A DNA stretch of 64,000 nt from Paraphysomonas bandaiensis (Eukaryota > Protista > Chrysophyceae). Shown piece after piece: positions 37,339-49,634 of this stretch; positions within the stretch are counted from its first letter, which is position 1; every line of letters begins with the position of its first letter. The stretch spans positions 1 to 64,000 of the forward strand of contig CBFFRP010000072.1 of assembly GCA_965644295.1 (NCBI GenBank). Reading direction: 5' to 3'. A model generated the notes under the pieces. It made no database searches. It was not told where the DNA came from and worked only from the letters and a program-made list of their open reading frames with translations. Made by a program: the position numbers and the translations under genes.

Positions 37339-38549
37339 GATGTAGATTATGTTATTAATTATAATGAATTGAACTTTACTAAACCACTCTATATATGAAA
37401 TTTTAATTACTATACTATCCTATACAACAATACGCATAGAGACTAACAGCATATACATGTATATACATATACATACATACATACATACAGTGTACGTACA
37501 TCAGAGCAACTGCAGATGTCATCGTATCAGTCTATGTGCGGTTCACAATGAGGCGGTATAATTTGATACAGTATTCATGGTATTTTACTACAACTGACCT
37601 TTTTGTATAGTATTTATATGGTACGACTGCTAGATATCCCGATATCCGGATATCTATAGGGAAAAGCGCAATTTTTGTATTGTATTTCCCAAAAATGTAT
37701 CATATCTACAGATACTAGCTAGACACTGTATGTGGACATGAATGGCATCAGGTCTCTGGTATCAGCCTTCTTTCCCTTCCTAATGCATTACAGCACCTGA
37801 TATCGCTCAATACGTATCATCATGCTCTACTCTACTCTACGCTTCTCTCTCGTATATTGTAAAAACGTTGTCGAATGAGATCAATCGTGCATTTCTTCAC
37901 GTATAAGGACAAGTACACCTATATATATCTTGATATGCATTAATGACTTTGAGCTACAGCAATACGAATAGTTGCTTGGCAAGCCACCGTAAATGCCTGT
38001 GTAATCAATCGTTGGAGACTTAGAACACTGTTGCCTTCGAGGTATTTTTCTCCAGCTGAACAGAAAAGTAAAAACTTGTTCACCCTTACTTTCCTTGTCA
38101 GATTTGAAAAGGAACATAAGAAAATAAAAACACATATTATAGGGTATAGTGATGTATACACACTTTCATTTGAAACCCTTGGTTATGTGTTTTATGCGAG
38201 AATTTTCTGTGGAGTAGAGAAAATGGAGTTGCTATTAAAAATATGTGTATATGAATATGTAATTGCTGTAACAGTTAATAGGCAATACTGATAATAAATC
38301 TTTGCTAGCAAAGGGGCTACTTGGTCTACTAGGTTACCATTGAAACTAAATACCATGATATTATCCCTACTGTATGTTAAACGTAAACAAGCGTATAATA
38401 ATTGGGAGTATATTCCAATGTAAAAGTGATTCATCTTACAAAAACCACATACTTGTGGAAAGTTGTTAATAAGAGAATTAACACCACATAAATAAACAAT
38501 CAGAAGTTCTATTAACAAAGTTACTACTACATTTACACTATATACAGCG

Positions 38550-39521
38550 TTAATAGCGCGTACGGGCTTTCTCAATACTATAGTTGCATGGCTGGCACAG
38601 TTCCCCATCATGTACAGTAGGCGGTAACCACCACTCGTTCATTGAGTTCCAGCATACCGCGTCGCACTCATAGCGGGGGTCACGGGGATATAACCGATAT
38701 TTTTCCCTCACGATCGCCCACATTCGACCATCACGACGAAAACCTCGAGCAATATCAGCTCGCAAGGCAGACGACAAGGAATAAACTGTTCCTTCCACCT
38801 TCGGAGCCGCATTGAGGCTGTAGTTGAAGTCTTTTTTCTTAGGCAAGTCAGGAAATAGCTCTCGTAAGTTACTATAAAACGAGGAGTACTGCTCTTGTAT
38901 TCCAACATGGCAGTGACTAAGTGTATGGTTACTCAGATTGCGGCCCAAGAATATACTCTGCAAATCATTCGATAATGCCCCCCCTTCTCTAGGACCTCGC
39001 TTCAGTATGTTGTTTGCATACACCACAAATGGCGCAGGAGACACTTTAAAAAAATGATAATGGCTCCATAGTCGTGAAATCGGTTCTCTTAGGACAGTGA
39101 TACAATCCACCTTTGGGAGTAGAGATACGAAGTCTATTTCCTTAATCTCATGATGTATCTCTTGTGAAGCCCATCCTCGATGGCAAGCAACTGGACCGTA
39201 ATCCCCTCTGTCAATAGCATATAACTGTGGTAGCAAGTTGACAGTAGCGTGATAGAGAAACGCTACTGCACATGCTGAACGATTCAGATATTTTGGAGAA
39301 ACAATATCGTTATCCACAAACTCACAAGGAGCATTGATACACGGGATGATGGTATCATGCCTTTTCTTAAACACATGTTCTTGAAAGACTTGACGCAATG
39401 ACGACCCTCCTGTTTTAGGGATATGAAAGAAGATAAAAGGACGGTTCAGTGTCGGTTCAAATACAGCTGCAATCCGTATAGTGAATAAAAGAGTCAGCCA
39501 TATGTATTTGAACGAGTTCAT
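38550..39521 (-). CDS. Golgi-type sulfotransferase
   Basis: N-terminal hydrophobic anchor, 5'-PSB FFHIPKTGGSS and 3'-PB TVLREPISRLWSHY. Confidence 0.88.
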   Translation of the reverse strand: MNSFKYIWLTLLFTIRIAAVFEPTLNRPFIFFHIPKTGGSSLRQVFQEHVFKKRHDTIIPCINAPCEFVDNDIVSPKYLNRSACAVAFLYHATVNLLPQLYAIDRGDYGPVACHRGWASQEIHHEIKEIDFVSLLPKVDCITVLREPISRLWSHYHFFKVSPAPFVVYANNILKRGPREGGALSNDLQSIFLGRNLSNHTLSHCHVGIQEQYSSFYSNLRELFPDLPKKKDFNYSLNAAPKVEGTVYSLSSALRADIARGFRRDGRMWAIVREKYRLYPRDPRYECDAVCWNSMNEWWLPPTVHDGELCQPCNYSIEKARTRY

Positions 39522-40102
39522 TATTAAAATAGATGAGAGTATGTGGAATAGCCCCCATATACACTTAATCTCCCTGGTTGAGAATATGTTACAGTCCTAG
39601 CATGCGTACTCCACTGCTGCTCATACATGAAAAAAGTTACACCCATGTGCTCTCTAAAATCCAGCTTTAATATACAAAATATGCATTTTTCAGTAATATT
39701 ACACAGAAACCGGATATATATTACACAGAAACTAAATATTACAAAAATAAATAAATCTACACAAAAACCACCAAATTAATCAACAAAAATATCAAACAAT
39801 CAACAATTACTCTTGTCCAATTAATAACCAATAATATATCTTATATAATAATTACAGAAAAATGATTGGTTTATTTATAACATATGTGAGTGTTAGGTTG
39901 CATATGAAATGAATCTAGAACACATCATGCTTCCAGTGGAGTCGATTATGTTCCACATATTTCTATATCAGTCATGTGATTCATATCAAATGATGAGAAG
40001 GAACCACATCTTCATATGTGAATCACTGTATATAATCCATACATTATTATTAAGCATATACAGCATATACACTATACATACATACATCAGTAACAGTTAG
40101 AA

Positions 40103-41029
40103 ATGACATTACTGCGATACATTAAAAACTCTACCGTATATATAAGGTATATTCTAACCAATGCATACACTGCCGATTTATAGCTATGAATTAGGCGAGA
40201 TTTAGCTGAAAAAGTTGTTCTTGGCGGTGCACAGAGAGATACACCCAAATTAAGCTACAGAGATACACCGCGTCATGTTTGGGACACATCTGTATTGCCG
40301 AAAGGAATTGCTGTTGAATGCTCACATCTCTCTGGGCTCTGGGTGTTAAAGGGAGCAGTCAGTCAGCACGAGTTATCTGATATTACTTCATTAGTGAACG
40401 ATACATGCCATTTCCCCTCCAGCAATAATGACACAATTCGTCAATCTAACTCATGGACATGGTTTGAGTTTGACCCAGCTAGGTATATTGTTGGGTGCCT
40501 ACCACATAGTGCATATAACTCTGTTGATCGAAAATTTCAGAGGAAGCACTTGAAAGATTTTGAAGTGTTCGATAACGTGCCACCTTCAAATTGGCTTGAT
40601 TTGGAGAGCATAAATGGATCACAATCTGTGATTAATGGTATGAATGCTCTCTGTCGATTACAAATTAATCTTCCAAAATCGCTTGCTCCTCTTCCAACAC
40701 CTTTTGGACCTCCAGAAACTGAAAATAGCCATCTGCAATGTTTTTTTCATCAATTTCAGTACATGGAGGCGGGGACCCGTGTGATGCCACATGTTGACTC
40801 GAATGATCCTCCTGTCGACCTCATAACAACATTAACTGTATCAGGTACAGGAAACAATGTAATACGTGTGGGAACAACAGAGTTTTCTCTTGATGTGGGC
40901 GATGTATATATGCTTACAGGATTTGCACGACACAGTGTAAAGCATGAGGTTCTGGCGGACACTTCAGACAGATTGTCAATCACAACTCGATTTAGTGACC
41001 ACAGAAATGCAAGTTTTATGCTTAATTGA
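40103..41029 (+). CDS. 2OG-Fe(II) dioxygenase, AlkB-like
   Basis: QYM..G..VMPHVD (HxD), KHEV and RLSITTR. Probable first exon 40103-40146 and intron 40147-40194 (start tentative). Confidence 0.75.
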
Positions 41030-41278
41030 AATTAATTAATATTTTATCAAATCTTAAGCCGAATGTTGCTGTGTTCATTTGTGATTTCGTAACACTATTC
41101 AACTTTGAACGCAGAGTCAGTAATAATATTGAATAGTTTATATATGTACTTTCCGACTTCTGAACTACAGCTCAATACACATCAAAAGTGTTTCCTTTGA
41201 GTAAGAAGACAGCAGAGCTAGTTAACAGCATAAGTTGATACAATAATTAGAGGCAGTAATCAACAATCTAAATTTATG

Positions 41279-41521
41279 CCCTCAACAAAGTCGGAATAGT
41301 ACCTTGTTGTGGTGTTATGGGGAATAAGTACTGGAGATATATTCTCCGGGAAACTAACGTGATCCGTATATATGATCGTCAGTAGATATTGTTCTGCCCA
41401 CTCATAGCCAAATGTTTCTGCGGCACAAGGGACGCTAATTATATTAATATCGCTTGTGTCGACGTCGTTCGTCATTGGGCCCTGAATACTTAACTGACAG
41501 ATCCGGGAATAGGCCCACCTT
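41279..41521 (+). mobile_element. Family B short retroposon, 5' part only
   Basis: Starts CCCTCAACAAAGTCGGA and retains the P3/P4/CTAA layout. Confidence 0.7.
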
Positions 41522-42002
41522 AAATGTCGACGTTTTGATGTTGTTGTAATACAGCAATCACCAACACCAATTCATCATTATTTCTTCTTCTCTTATTACT
41601 GTGTCTATATTGCATTTGAGTATTTCCGAGAAACAAAACTTCCCAGAAAAAATTATATTGCCTGACATTACAGTATAACCTAGTTCATAGAGCGAATGCA
41701 TTACACTCTTGAACATTGAACAGAGCTCGGTAACAATATATTGATTGGTAGACCGACCAAATATTCTATCAATATTGTTTCTGTTAAAGTATATCACAAT
41801 ATATATAATTATATATTGCATTGCAATCAATATTTTGATTAATAACTACCCAATAGATACTTTAATATTTATTCGTGAATACGTAGATTTAAGTCGAGAT
41901 AATAGTTTATTATTACTTAACGGTTGTACTGTGAGCACTATCGCCATCTAGACTACAGGAAAGTGAGTACAAGCGCATATAGAAGAAAGCACCCGACATT
42001 GT

Positions 42003-44796
42003 TTAATCGAGATTAGCACGTGACAACACAGCCTTAAAGTCGAAAGGCTGGAAGCGGTATCCATCAGCCTTGAAAAATTTGTTCTGGAACTCAACCCAGT
42101 GCAGACGTAAGGCATGCAAGAAACACTCGAGAAGATCCATACACAGCAGCACAGCGAAAGAAACCGCAGCGAATACGGCGTACCCAAAGTAGATCATGAC
42201 AGGGTTGTTAGTATTGATCATACTAAGCATGGCCTTGGACCAAAACACAGTAGCAAGCTCAGAGTGCGCAAGCGAAAGCGCCCAGAGACGTAGATACGAA
42301 GCAGTGTTAGAAACCATACCCAATACAAACTCGATTGTTTCAATGGCTTGGTGAATAAATACCTCACCAAAGTCAAACTCTTCGCCGTGGCCGTGATCAT
42401 TACTCGACTGACCCATACCGCCACTGCTCTCACGGTCTGAGGCCCCGTCCTGTGAGTCAAGAAGAGGGTTGCTGGCGCCAGTGTTAGAAACTTGGACTTC
42501 TTTGTGAGTAAACTTAAGGTAAAATGGCTTAACACACAGTAGCCAAGGCACACAGAAGAAAGCCATGAGAAGGAGGAATGTCTGTACTCCAGCTTGTCCT
42601 TCGTACATTGGTTCATCAACTGCACCAGGAGCAAGGGCAATATTAATAAGGGTTGTGATGAGATTCGGGGGTTGGCACCCATCACCAGACCCTCCGTAGT
42701 CCAGCGGACATAGGTCAACTACCTCTGTCGACGCGTCACAAGGATCTCCATTATAGGAGTAGCACTGGGAGTCGTCATCATCAGTCAGCTGACATCCACC
42801 AGCAACACCATTAATATCGTAGTTACAAGACCCCTTCTGCATTCTTTCGTCCCAGTTAATGCTCCACTTCACGAAGATCAATATCACCATGTAGCCGAAG
42901 AAGCCCACGTCGAAGAGAATCATAGGAATAAATTCACAAATAAGATCCAAGTAGGAGTGGAAATATAGAGCATTAACACCCTTTAGCACAATACCAAGAG
43001 TCATCTGAATAATACCAAGCACGACAGACATCTTCATTTTCATTGAATTGAAAAAGAGAAGTTCATTATCAGAAATATGCCAAGCTGGATCCACACCGAA
43101 AGGATAAACCTTAGATGAGTCGCCATACTCTCCATTCATCTCCGCCTCTTCACCGCTCTCCCTATCCAGATACTTGAAGTTGGAGCCGAATACATTCAAT
43201 GCAAGGGAGAAGAAATCATTATATATGAAACCACAGTATACCGAATAAAGACCCATCATAAAGAGCATATATCGGGCGCTATACATGCCCTTCATCATCT
43301 CATCCATGCCCCTGTTCTCGGCTTTCTTCTCGGTCAGGATAAGATAGATTCCGCCGATCAGAAGACAAGAGCCGTGTCCGATGTCGCCATACATAACACC
43401 GAAGAGGAAGGGGAAGGTGGCAGCTGTGAAAAGAGCAGGATTGATCTCACGATATCTAGGCACACCGTAGGTATTAACGAACTCCTGGTAAGCGTCAGTA
43501 AACTTGTTGGTGCGGAAGTGTGTTGGGGGCGTAGGCCAGATATCCATCACTCTCTCAATCATAGACGTGGAAGGGAGGTTCAAAGTCGCCTGGGCACGGT
43601 CAAGAGCAGATCGGGCTTTCCCGACAGAGTCCTTGAGAATCCAGCCTTGACCACGTAAGAAGTTACCAACATCGCTGCGGAAAAGGTTGAGTGTATGGTA
43701 CGTGGACTTCTCTCTGCGGACAACCCAGAGCCATTCCTCGACATGTTGAGCAAGTTCCACACACAAGCGAATGCGGGTCTCTGTGTTCTTGTCAAGAATT
43801 TTCTTCGCATCTTCCATCTCACGGTAGTTAGCCTCCTGTTGGGCATCGATGTCACGAGGGCGATCCAGGTTGCGGATATCAAAGCGGTGTGCAGAGAAGG
43901 CATCGCAAATGCGTTTGACTTTGCCTTCAATGGCAGTAGACTTGAAGAAAATGATGAAGACCACCTTTGAAATTTCATTTCCAGTAGATGCGTCGCGGAT
44001 AGGATCTTCAATGTCAGCGAAACGCACGTAACAGTTACCACGAGTTGCGCGGAAAAGCATTCTCTCGAAGCGAGCCTTGTCCGCAGTTGGCAACACACCA
44101 GCAACATTGGTAAAAGACATTTCATCAGCCTGATAACCGGCGCGATCAGAGGGCATAAGAGGCTGCAAATACAAGATTACAGAAGAAATCAAATATAACA
44201 TCGACATACCGCCTCGACCATAGCTAGGCCGCCCTTCTTCTCGCCATCACTGTGAGTAGATCCACTGTCGCCTAAATCCAGTGTGTGCACCTCACTCATA
44301 AAGACAGTACGAGACTTGTGCAAGACATGATGCAGCTCAACTTTATTGTTGTACTCCTCCATGAGCTTGGTATTGTACTTGTTCAAGTCCAACAGTTGCT
44401 GCTCATACTGATCAAGTTTGGATTCCAAGCTCTCCAGTAGTGAAGCGGCAGATCCACCATCTCCACTAGCGAAAGCATTGTCAACAAAGTGATCAACAGC
44501 TCCAGCAGATTGCACAGGGACTCCAAGTTTGACAACTTCACCATGAACATATCGAATCTTACGCTCAATCTCATCACAGCGTTTGATGTATGCGACGTAT
44601 CGTCTCTGAAATGGAGTCAAATCCGGATTCAGATCAGTGAACTGAATGCAACCTATACGACTATCAGTACATTTCATTGATTAGAATGTATGTATATACC
44701 CATCTGGCCGAGCTCACGAATGCATGAGTGTGCAGCATCTTCAGACATGATGATGGAGACGTACTCCATCTCCTCTGATCGCCACCATGATCCCAT
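42003..44796 (-). CDS. ATP6V0A: V-type H+-ATPase subunit a, 3 exons
   Basis: MGSWWRSEEM start, FTDLN, FERMLFRATRGN, PPTHFRTNKFT, FPFLFGVMYGDIGHG, SNTASYLRLWALSLAH, LRLHWVEFQNKF. Confidence 0.97.
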
Positions 44797-45458
44797 CTTG
44801 ATTGTATAGGTATAGCTCTAATGCACTCTACGTGGATATGAATATATATGCAAGAAGAGCAGATGCAGTCTAGTTATTATGGAATGCTCTGCAATAGTGT
44901 TGGATGAGATATGGTGTAATGCTTATGCATGTACATGTGTATGTATGTTTGCATATGTGCACTGCAATGCATTGCAATGCATCCTATTTTTTTTACCTCT
45001 TACTCAGACATATCTTCAGCAGACACTTACACTAAAACTGAAAACCGGAAACTGAAAAATGGTATTCCTGTGAATACAACACATATGTTTGTAGCATACA
45101 TTCCAGCATAGCATACGCACACAGACAGAGCGACAGTTGAATTTATATGTAGGAAACTGCACGTATAGGTATGTATATACAGGGAGGGCAATCCTGGATG
45201 GTGATATTCCAGAGCTGCATATGTGATGTGCACTTGTTCCTACTTCTTGTACGATTTAACCATATAGCGACGTTCATATAGGCCGTATTGTAATATACAA
45301 CACGAGTGTATTGCATCAATCTACAGTTGTTTCTCAAAGAAGCGAAACTAATAGACACTGCAGTTAACCGCTTATGCTGTAGAACTTAAGTGTTACTCTA
45401 GTACTAGACTTATATATATAGATTCGATAAGCACTAGCTATTCCTACTGCTCACTAAT

Positions 45459-46412
45459 ATGAAGGTTTCATTTCCTATTAGTTGTATTAAAGTATAATAT
45501 TCTTTTATTAGAATCTATTGACTCCCGAGAGCATCGATTTTATTGCAGGCAGTGTGGCCGGAGCGATATCAATTGTCGTTGGCCAGCCTTTTGATACAAT
45601 AAAGGTTTCTTGAAAAACTTGTGTGACCATTGTTTTAAATTATATTATTTATAAAGGTGCGACTACAAACGACTACATCTTATAAAGGCCCAGTAGATTG
45701 CGTCAAGCGGATTATAAAGGCAGAAGGCTTCAGTAGCTTATTTAGTGGCATGCTTCCTCCTCTAATGACATCTGTATTTGTTAATGCGATAATATTTACG
45801 TCATATGGATACACACTGAGACTTCTGAAGAAGGGTGATGATGACAAACCTGCCACTCCTAGCCAGATGTTTTTAGCAGGCATGACAGCAGGATTCTGTC
45901 AGTCATGGCTGATGAGTCCGAGCGAGTTGATCAAGATTCGATTACAGAGTGCAGAATGTCAGTACCGAGGAACCCTTCACGCCGCCCGTGATATCATCCG
46001 TACTGGAGGGATAACTGGGATATACCGAGGCTATGTGTCCACCCTCTATCGTGAGGTGCCTGCTTTTGGTGCATACTTTATGACATATTACTGCATGATG
46101 GACGCGATAGACGATAAATTAGGAGATGTGCTACCAAGCTTTATTGCTGGTGGGGCCGCAGGGGCCGTCAGCTGGATAATGATATACCCGATCGATATCG
46201 CGAAGACTAAGATACAGATGTCTGATTCATCTCCGCGGTCGACATTGGTAGTGCTTAAGGATATCTGTCGTGTGCATGGACTGCGTTATCTGTACCGTGG
46301 ACTCGGAACTACTATCGTTCGATCCCTTCCCGTCAACGCGGTTGTATTTCCTGTGTACGAGTTTTCTTCTGCCGCCCTCAATGCTTTCGTTGACGAAGAA
46401 GACGAGACGTAA
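45459..46412 (+). CDS. Mitochondrial carrier (SLC25; carnitine/basic amino acid carrier-like), 3 exons
   Basis: Three PxD/ExxK signatures (PFDTIK|VRLQ, PSELIKIRLQ, PIDIAKTKIQ), REVP and RSLPVNA. Introns at 45465-45511 and 45605-45656. Confidence 0.93.
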
Positions 46413-46977
46413 AATAAAGTATATGTACAATATAGCTCTGTTGCTGTATCAGCTACCAGTGCTTGTGCAGTGCAGTGCTGTATTGTTGTGTATAGCAAAT
46501 ACACTGCTCTGATAGCGATCGTTCTTGTAGTAGCACACTTTTTCTTAATTTTATACCTCCTATAATAAAGATGCTTTCTCGTAGCAGTTGAATCTGGCAT
46601 ATAGTAGATTTTCAAAGTAAATACTTTTCTGCCATATACAACGATGACAAGAAATACTTTGATAGCATGATCTTATATTTAAAAAATGCCTAGTACTTTC
46701 TTCTTTCTTGTTCTAATTTATATCACAAACTAAGTGCTCAGCTATGGTTTCGAATTTTAAATTCTCACATTAAGCTTGCATTACATCGTTCGTGAAAGAC
46801 GTAATGTTATATAAAGTACCGAGTCTGAATCAGAAAATGTAAGTACTCGGAGTTTATGCTTATCTTAGCGCAAAGCAAATAAACTTTGCCATAGACATTT
46901 CTTGTAGTGGACTGGATGAATGAATTATTACTTCGTTCTAATCAGGGTTCAAGCTATTTCTTACCATATTTATGACC

Positions 46978-47243
46978 TGCCCCATTCTGAGCGCGTACTC
47001 AGGTAGATCCGGGTGGGGGCCGGGTGGGTACCTAACTAATACTTGATTTGCTAGCTACCTACTGAACCCAACTAGCTACATCATTTTTACACAGTATTCA
47101 GCGCTGAATATGCAGTGAGAACCCGGGTGGGGAACCGCTGAACTAAGCAATGTGTACATAGATAGAAGTGCGCGGTCACAGCACTCGGCAGCACCCACTA
47201 GAAAGCCGCACGCAGTGATTAGTTACGCTGTCAGTATGGGGCA
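46978..47243 (+). mobile_element. MITE family A, complete copy
   Basis: tgccccattctgagcgcgta ... tacgctgtcagtatggggca. Confidence 0.85.
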
Positions 47244-47318
47244 TGATAATCCCCCATCTCGTTGCCATTATAGCAGTGTTTCATTGTTAAGATATACATC
47301 CTGACCAACTCTTGTACG

Positions 47319-47320
<2 letters not shown>

Positions 47321-47350
<30 letters not shown>

Positions 47351-47605
47351 TGTATGTATGTATGTATGTATGTATGTATGTATGTATGTATGTATGTATG
47401 TATGTATGTATGTATGTATGTATGTATGTATGTATGTATGTATGTATGTATGTATGTATGTATGTATGTATGTATGTATGTATGTATGTATGTATGTATG
47501 TATGTATGTATGTATGTATGTATGTATGTATGTATGTATGTATGTATGTATGTATGTATGTAGGTATGTAGGTATGTATGTATGTATGTAGGTATGTATG
47601 TATGT
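47321..47605. repeat. (TATG)n microsatellite, ~285 bp
   Basis: Near-perfect array. Confidence 0.98.
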
Positions 47606-47697
47606 CTATATCTTTATAGGGCCCATCCACAGCATGTATATACATACATATCAGTCATACTCATCTGCTGTAGCACTCTATCAGCCTCATATAAACC

Positions 47698-49209
47698 ATG
47701 AATCAGTGTTCGTATATGTCGCATATATCTGATCTTAATGATGATGTCCTTCGTCTCATCATCTCTATGATCCCACATACAGCTCTCCTTCCAGTGATAT
47801 TAACTTGTAAGAGATTTCACGATATAGTCTACACTGATAAGAGGAGGGTACAGTCACATGCATCTCACTACTGTATGACCAACTCAATGGTCTCATGGGC
47901 TTTGGCTATGGGCTGCCCACGCAGCCAACTAATACCTACATGTGCACTACACGGCAGACTACAGCAGATGAAATACATCATCCATATATATACACAGTGT
48001 CCTGACAGTGGACAATTGGATGTTCTGCAGCCACTTCGTTCACAGGACCCTCCATGTCCCTGGGATGAAGAAATTACTTGTGTTGCTGCTACTGTGGGTG
48101 GACACTTGGATGTACTGCAGTGGCTTCGATCACAGGACCCTCCATGTCCGTGGGATGAACGGACTTGCTGTGCTGCTGCAGAGGGTGGAGACTTGGATGT
48201 TCTACAGTGGCTTCGATCACAGGACCCTCCATGTCCGTGGGATGAACGGACTTGCTATTCTGCTGCACAGGGTGGACACTTGGATGTTCTACAGTGGCTT
48301 CGTTCACAGGACCCTCCATGTCCTTGGGATGAACGGACTTGCTGTTCTGTTGCTAGGGGTGGACACTTGGATGTTCTGCAGTGGCTTCGTTCACAGGACC
48401 CTCCATGTCCGTGGGATGAAGAAAGTACTTGTGTTGCTGCTGCACAGGGTGGACACTTGGATGTTCTACAGTGGCTTCGTTCGCAGGACCCTCCATGTCC
48501 TTGGGATGAATGGACTTGCCGTGCTGCTGCAGAGGAAGGACACTTGGATGTTCTACAGTGGCTTCGTTCACAGGACCCTCCATGTCCGTGGGATGAACAG
48601 ACTTGCTGTGCTGCTGCTAGGGGTGGACACTTGGATGTTCTGCAGTGGCTTCGTTCACAGGACCCTCCATGTCCCTGGGATTTCGAAATTACTTCTGCTG
48701 CTGCACAGGGTGGACACTTGGATGTCCTACGGTGGCTTCGTTCGCAGGACCCTCCATGTTCGTGGGATGAACAGTGCTGCTGTGCTGCTGCACAGGGTGG
48801 ACACTTGGATGTTCTACAGTGGCTTCGTTCACAGGACCCACCATTTCCTTTAGATATAGTTGTTACTTTTGTTGCTGCAGAGGGTGGATATTTGGATGTT
48901 CTTCAGTGGCTTCGTTCACAGGACCCTCCATGTCCCTGGGATGAAGGAACCACTTGTATTGCTGCAGAGGGTGGACACTTGGATGTTCTACAGTGGCTTC
49001 GATCACAGGACCCTCCATGTCCTTGGGGTGAATATACTTGCTCTGCTGCTGCTAGGGGTGGACACTTGGATGTACTACGGTGGCTACGTTCTCAGGACCC
49101 TCCATGTCCGTGGGATGAACAGACTTGCTATTCTGCTGCAGAGGGTGGACACTTGGATGTTCTGCAGTGGCTTCGTTCGCAGGACCCTCCATGTCCTTGG
49201 GATGAATGA
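47698..49209 (+). CDS. F-box-like protein with 14 tandem ankyrin-like repeats (GHLDVLQWLRSQDPPCPWD type)
   Basis: LNDDVLRLIISMI...LTCKRF F-box-like N-terminus, then 29-30-aa repeats. Intronless. A further degenerate repeat with a TGG>TGA change follows the stop. Confidence 0.85.
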   Translation: MNQCSYMSHISDLNDDVLRLIISMIPHTALLPVILTCKRFHDIVYTDKRRVQSHASHYCMTNSMVSWALAMGCPRSQLIPTCALHGRLQQMKYIIHIYTQCPDSGQLDVLQPLRSQDPPCPWDEEITCVAATVGGHLDVLQWLRSQDPPCPWDERTCCAAAEGGDLDVLQWLRSQDPPCPWDERTCYSAAQGGHLDVLQWLRSQDPPCPWDERTCCSVARGGHLDVLQWLRSQDPPCPWDEESTCVAAAQGGHLDVLQWLRSQDPPCPWDEWTCRAAAEEGHLDVLQWLRSQDPPCPWDEQTCCAAARGGHLDVLQWLRSQDPPCPWDFEITSAAAQGGHLDVLRWLRSQDPPCSWDEQCCCAAAQGGHLDVLQWLRSQDPPFPLDIVVTFVAAEGGYLDVLQWLRSQDPPCPWDEGTTCIAAEGGHLDVLQWLRSQDPPCPWGEYTCSAAARGGHLDVLRWLRSQDPPCPWDEQTCYSAAEGGHLDVLQWLRSQDPPCPWDE

Positions 49210-49339
49210 CAACTACTTCTGCTGCTGCACAGGGTGGACACTTGGATGTCCTACAGTGACTTCGTTCTCAGTGCCCTTCGATTAATTGTGATATTTTGTA
49301 AACAATTGAAAGCTGTATCGTAAGTTTTAAATTGTATCC

Positions 49340-49453
49340 GTTATTCCGTGGAATTTTCCATTACTGATGGCCGCTTGGAAGTTAGCTCCGGCACTTGCAG
49401 CCGGCAATTGTGTTATACTTAAGCCTGCAGAACATACACCTACTTCTATCATG
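49340..49453 (+). pseudogene. Isolated aldehyde dehydrogenase exon fragment
   Basis: [38 protein letters not shown] followed by a GTGAGT splice donor. No other ALDH exons found nearby. Confidence 0.88.
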
Positions 49454-49634
49454 GTGAGTGTAATTGGTAACAACAGCTACTTGAATAACTTAGCTAAATA
49501 AGAATCTTTATATATATGAATAAATATCTGTGATACATGACAATACTTCGTACAGATATTTGTGAACCTCATTAAAGATGTTCTCCGGCTGGAGTTCTGA
49601 ATGTAGTTACAGGAACTGGTAGCTATATTAATGG

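Noticed and set aside
48008-49209. CRISPR-like look: ~57-bp constant blocks alternating with ~30-bp variable blocks
   Set aside because: All units keep one protein reading frame, the variable parts are homologous to each other, there are no cas genes, and the context is eukaryotic. The alternative-frame ORFs are by-products of the repeat.
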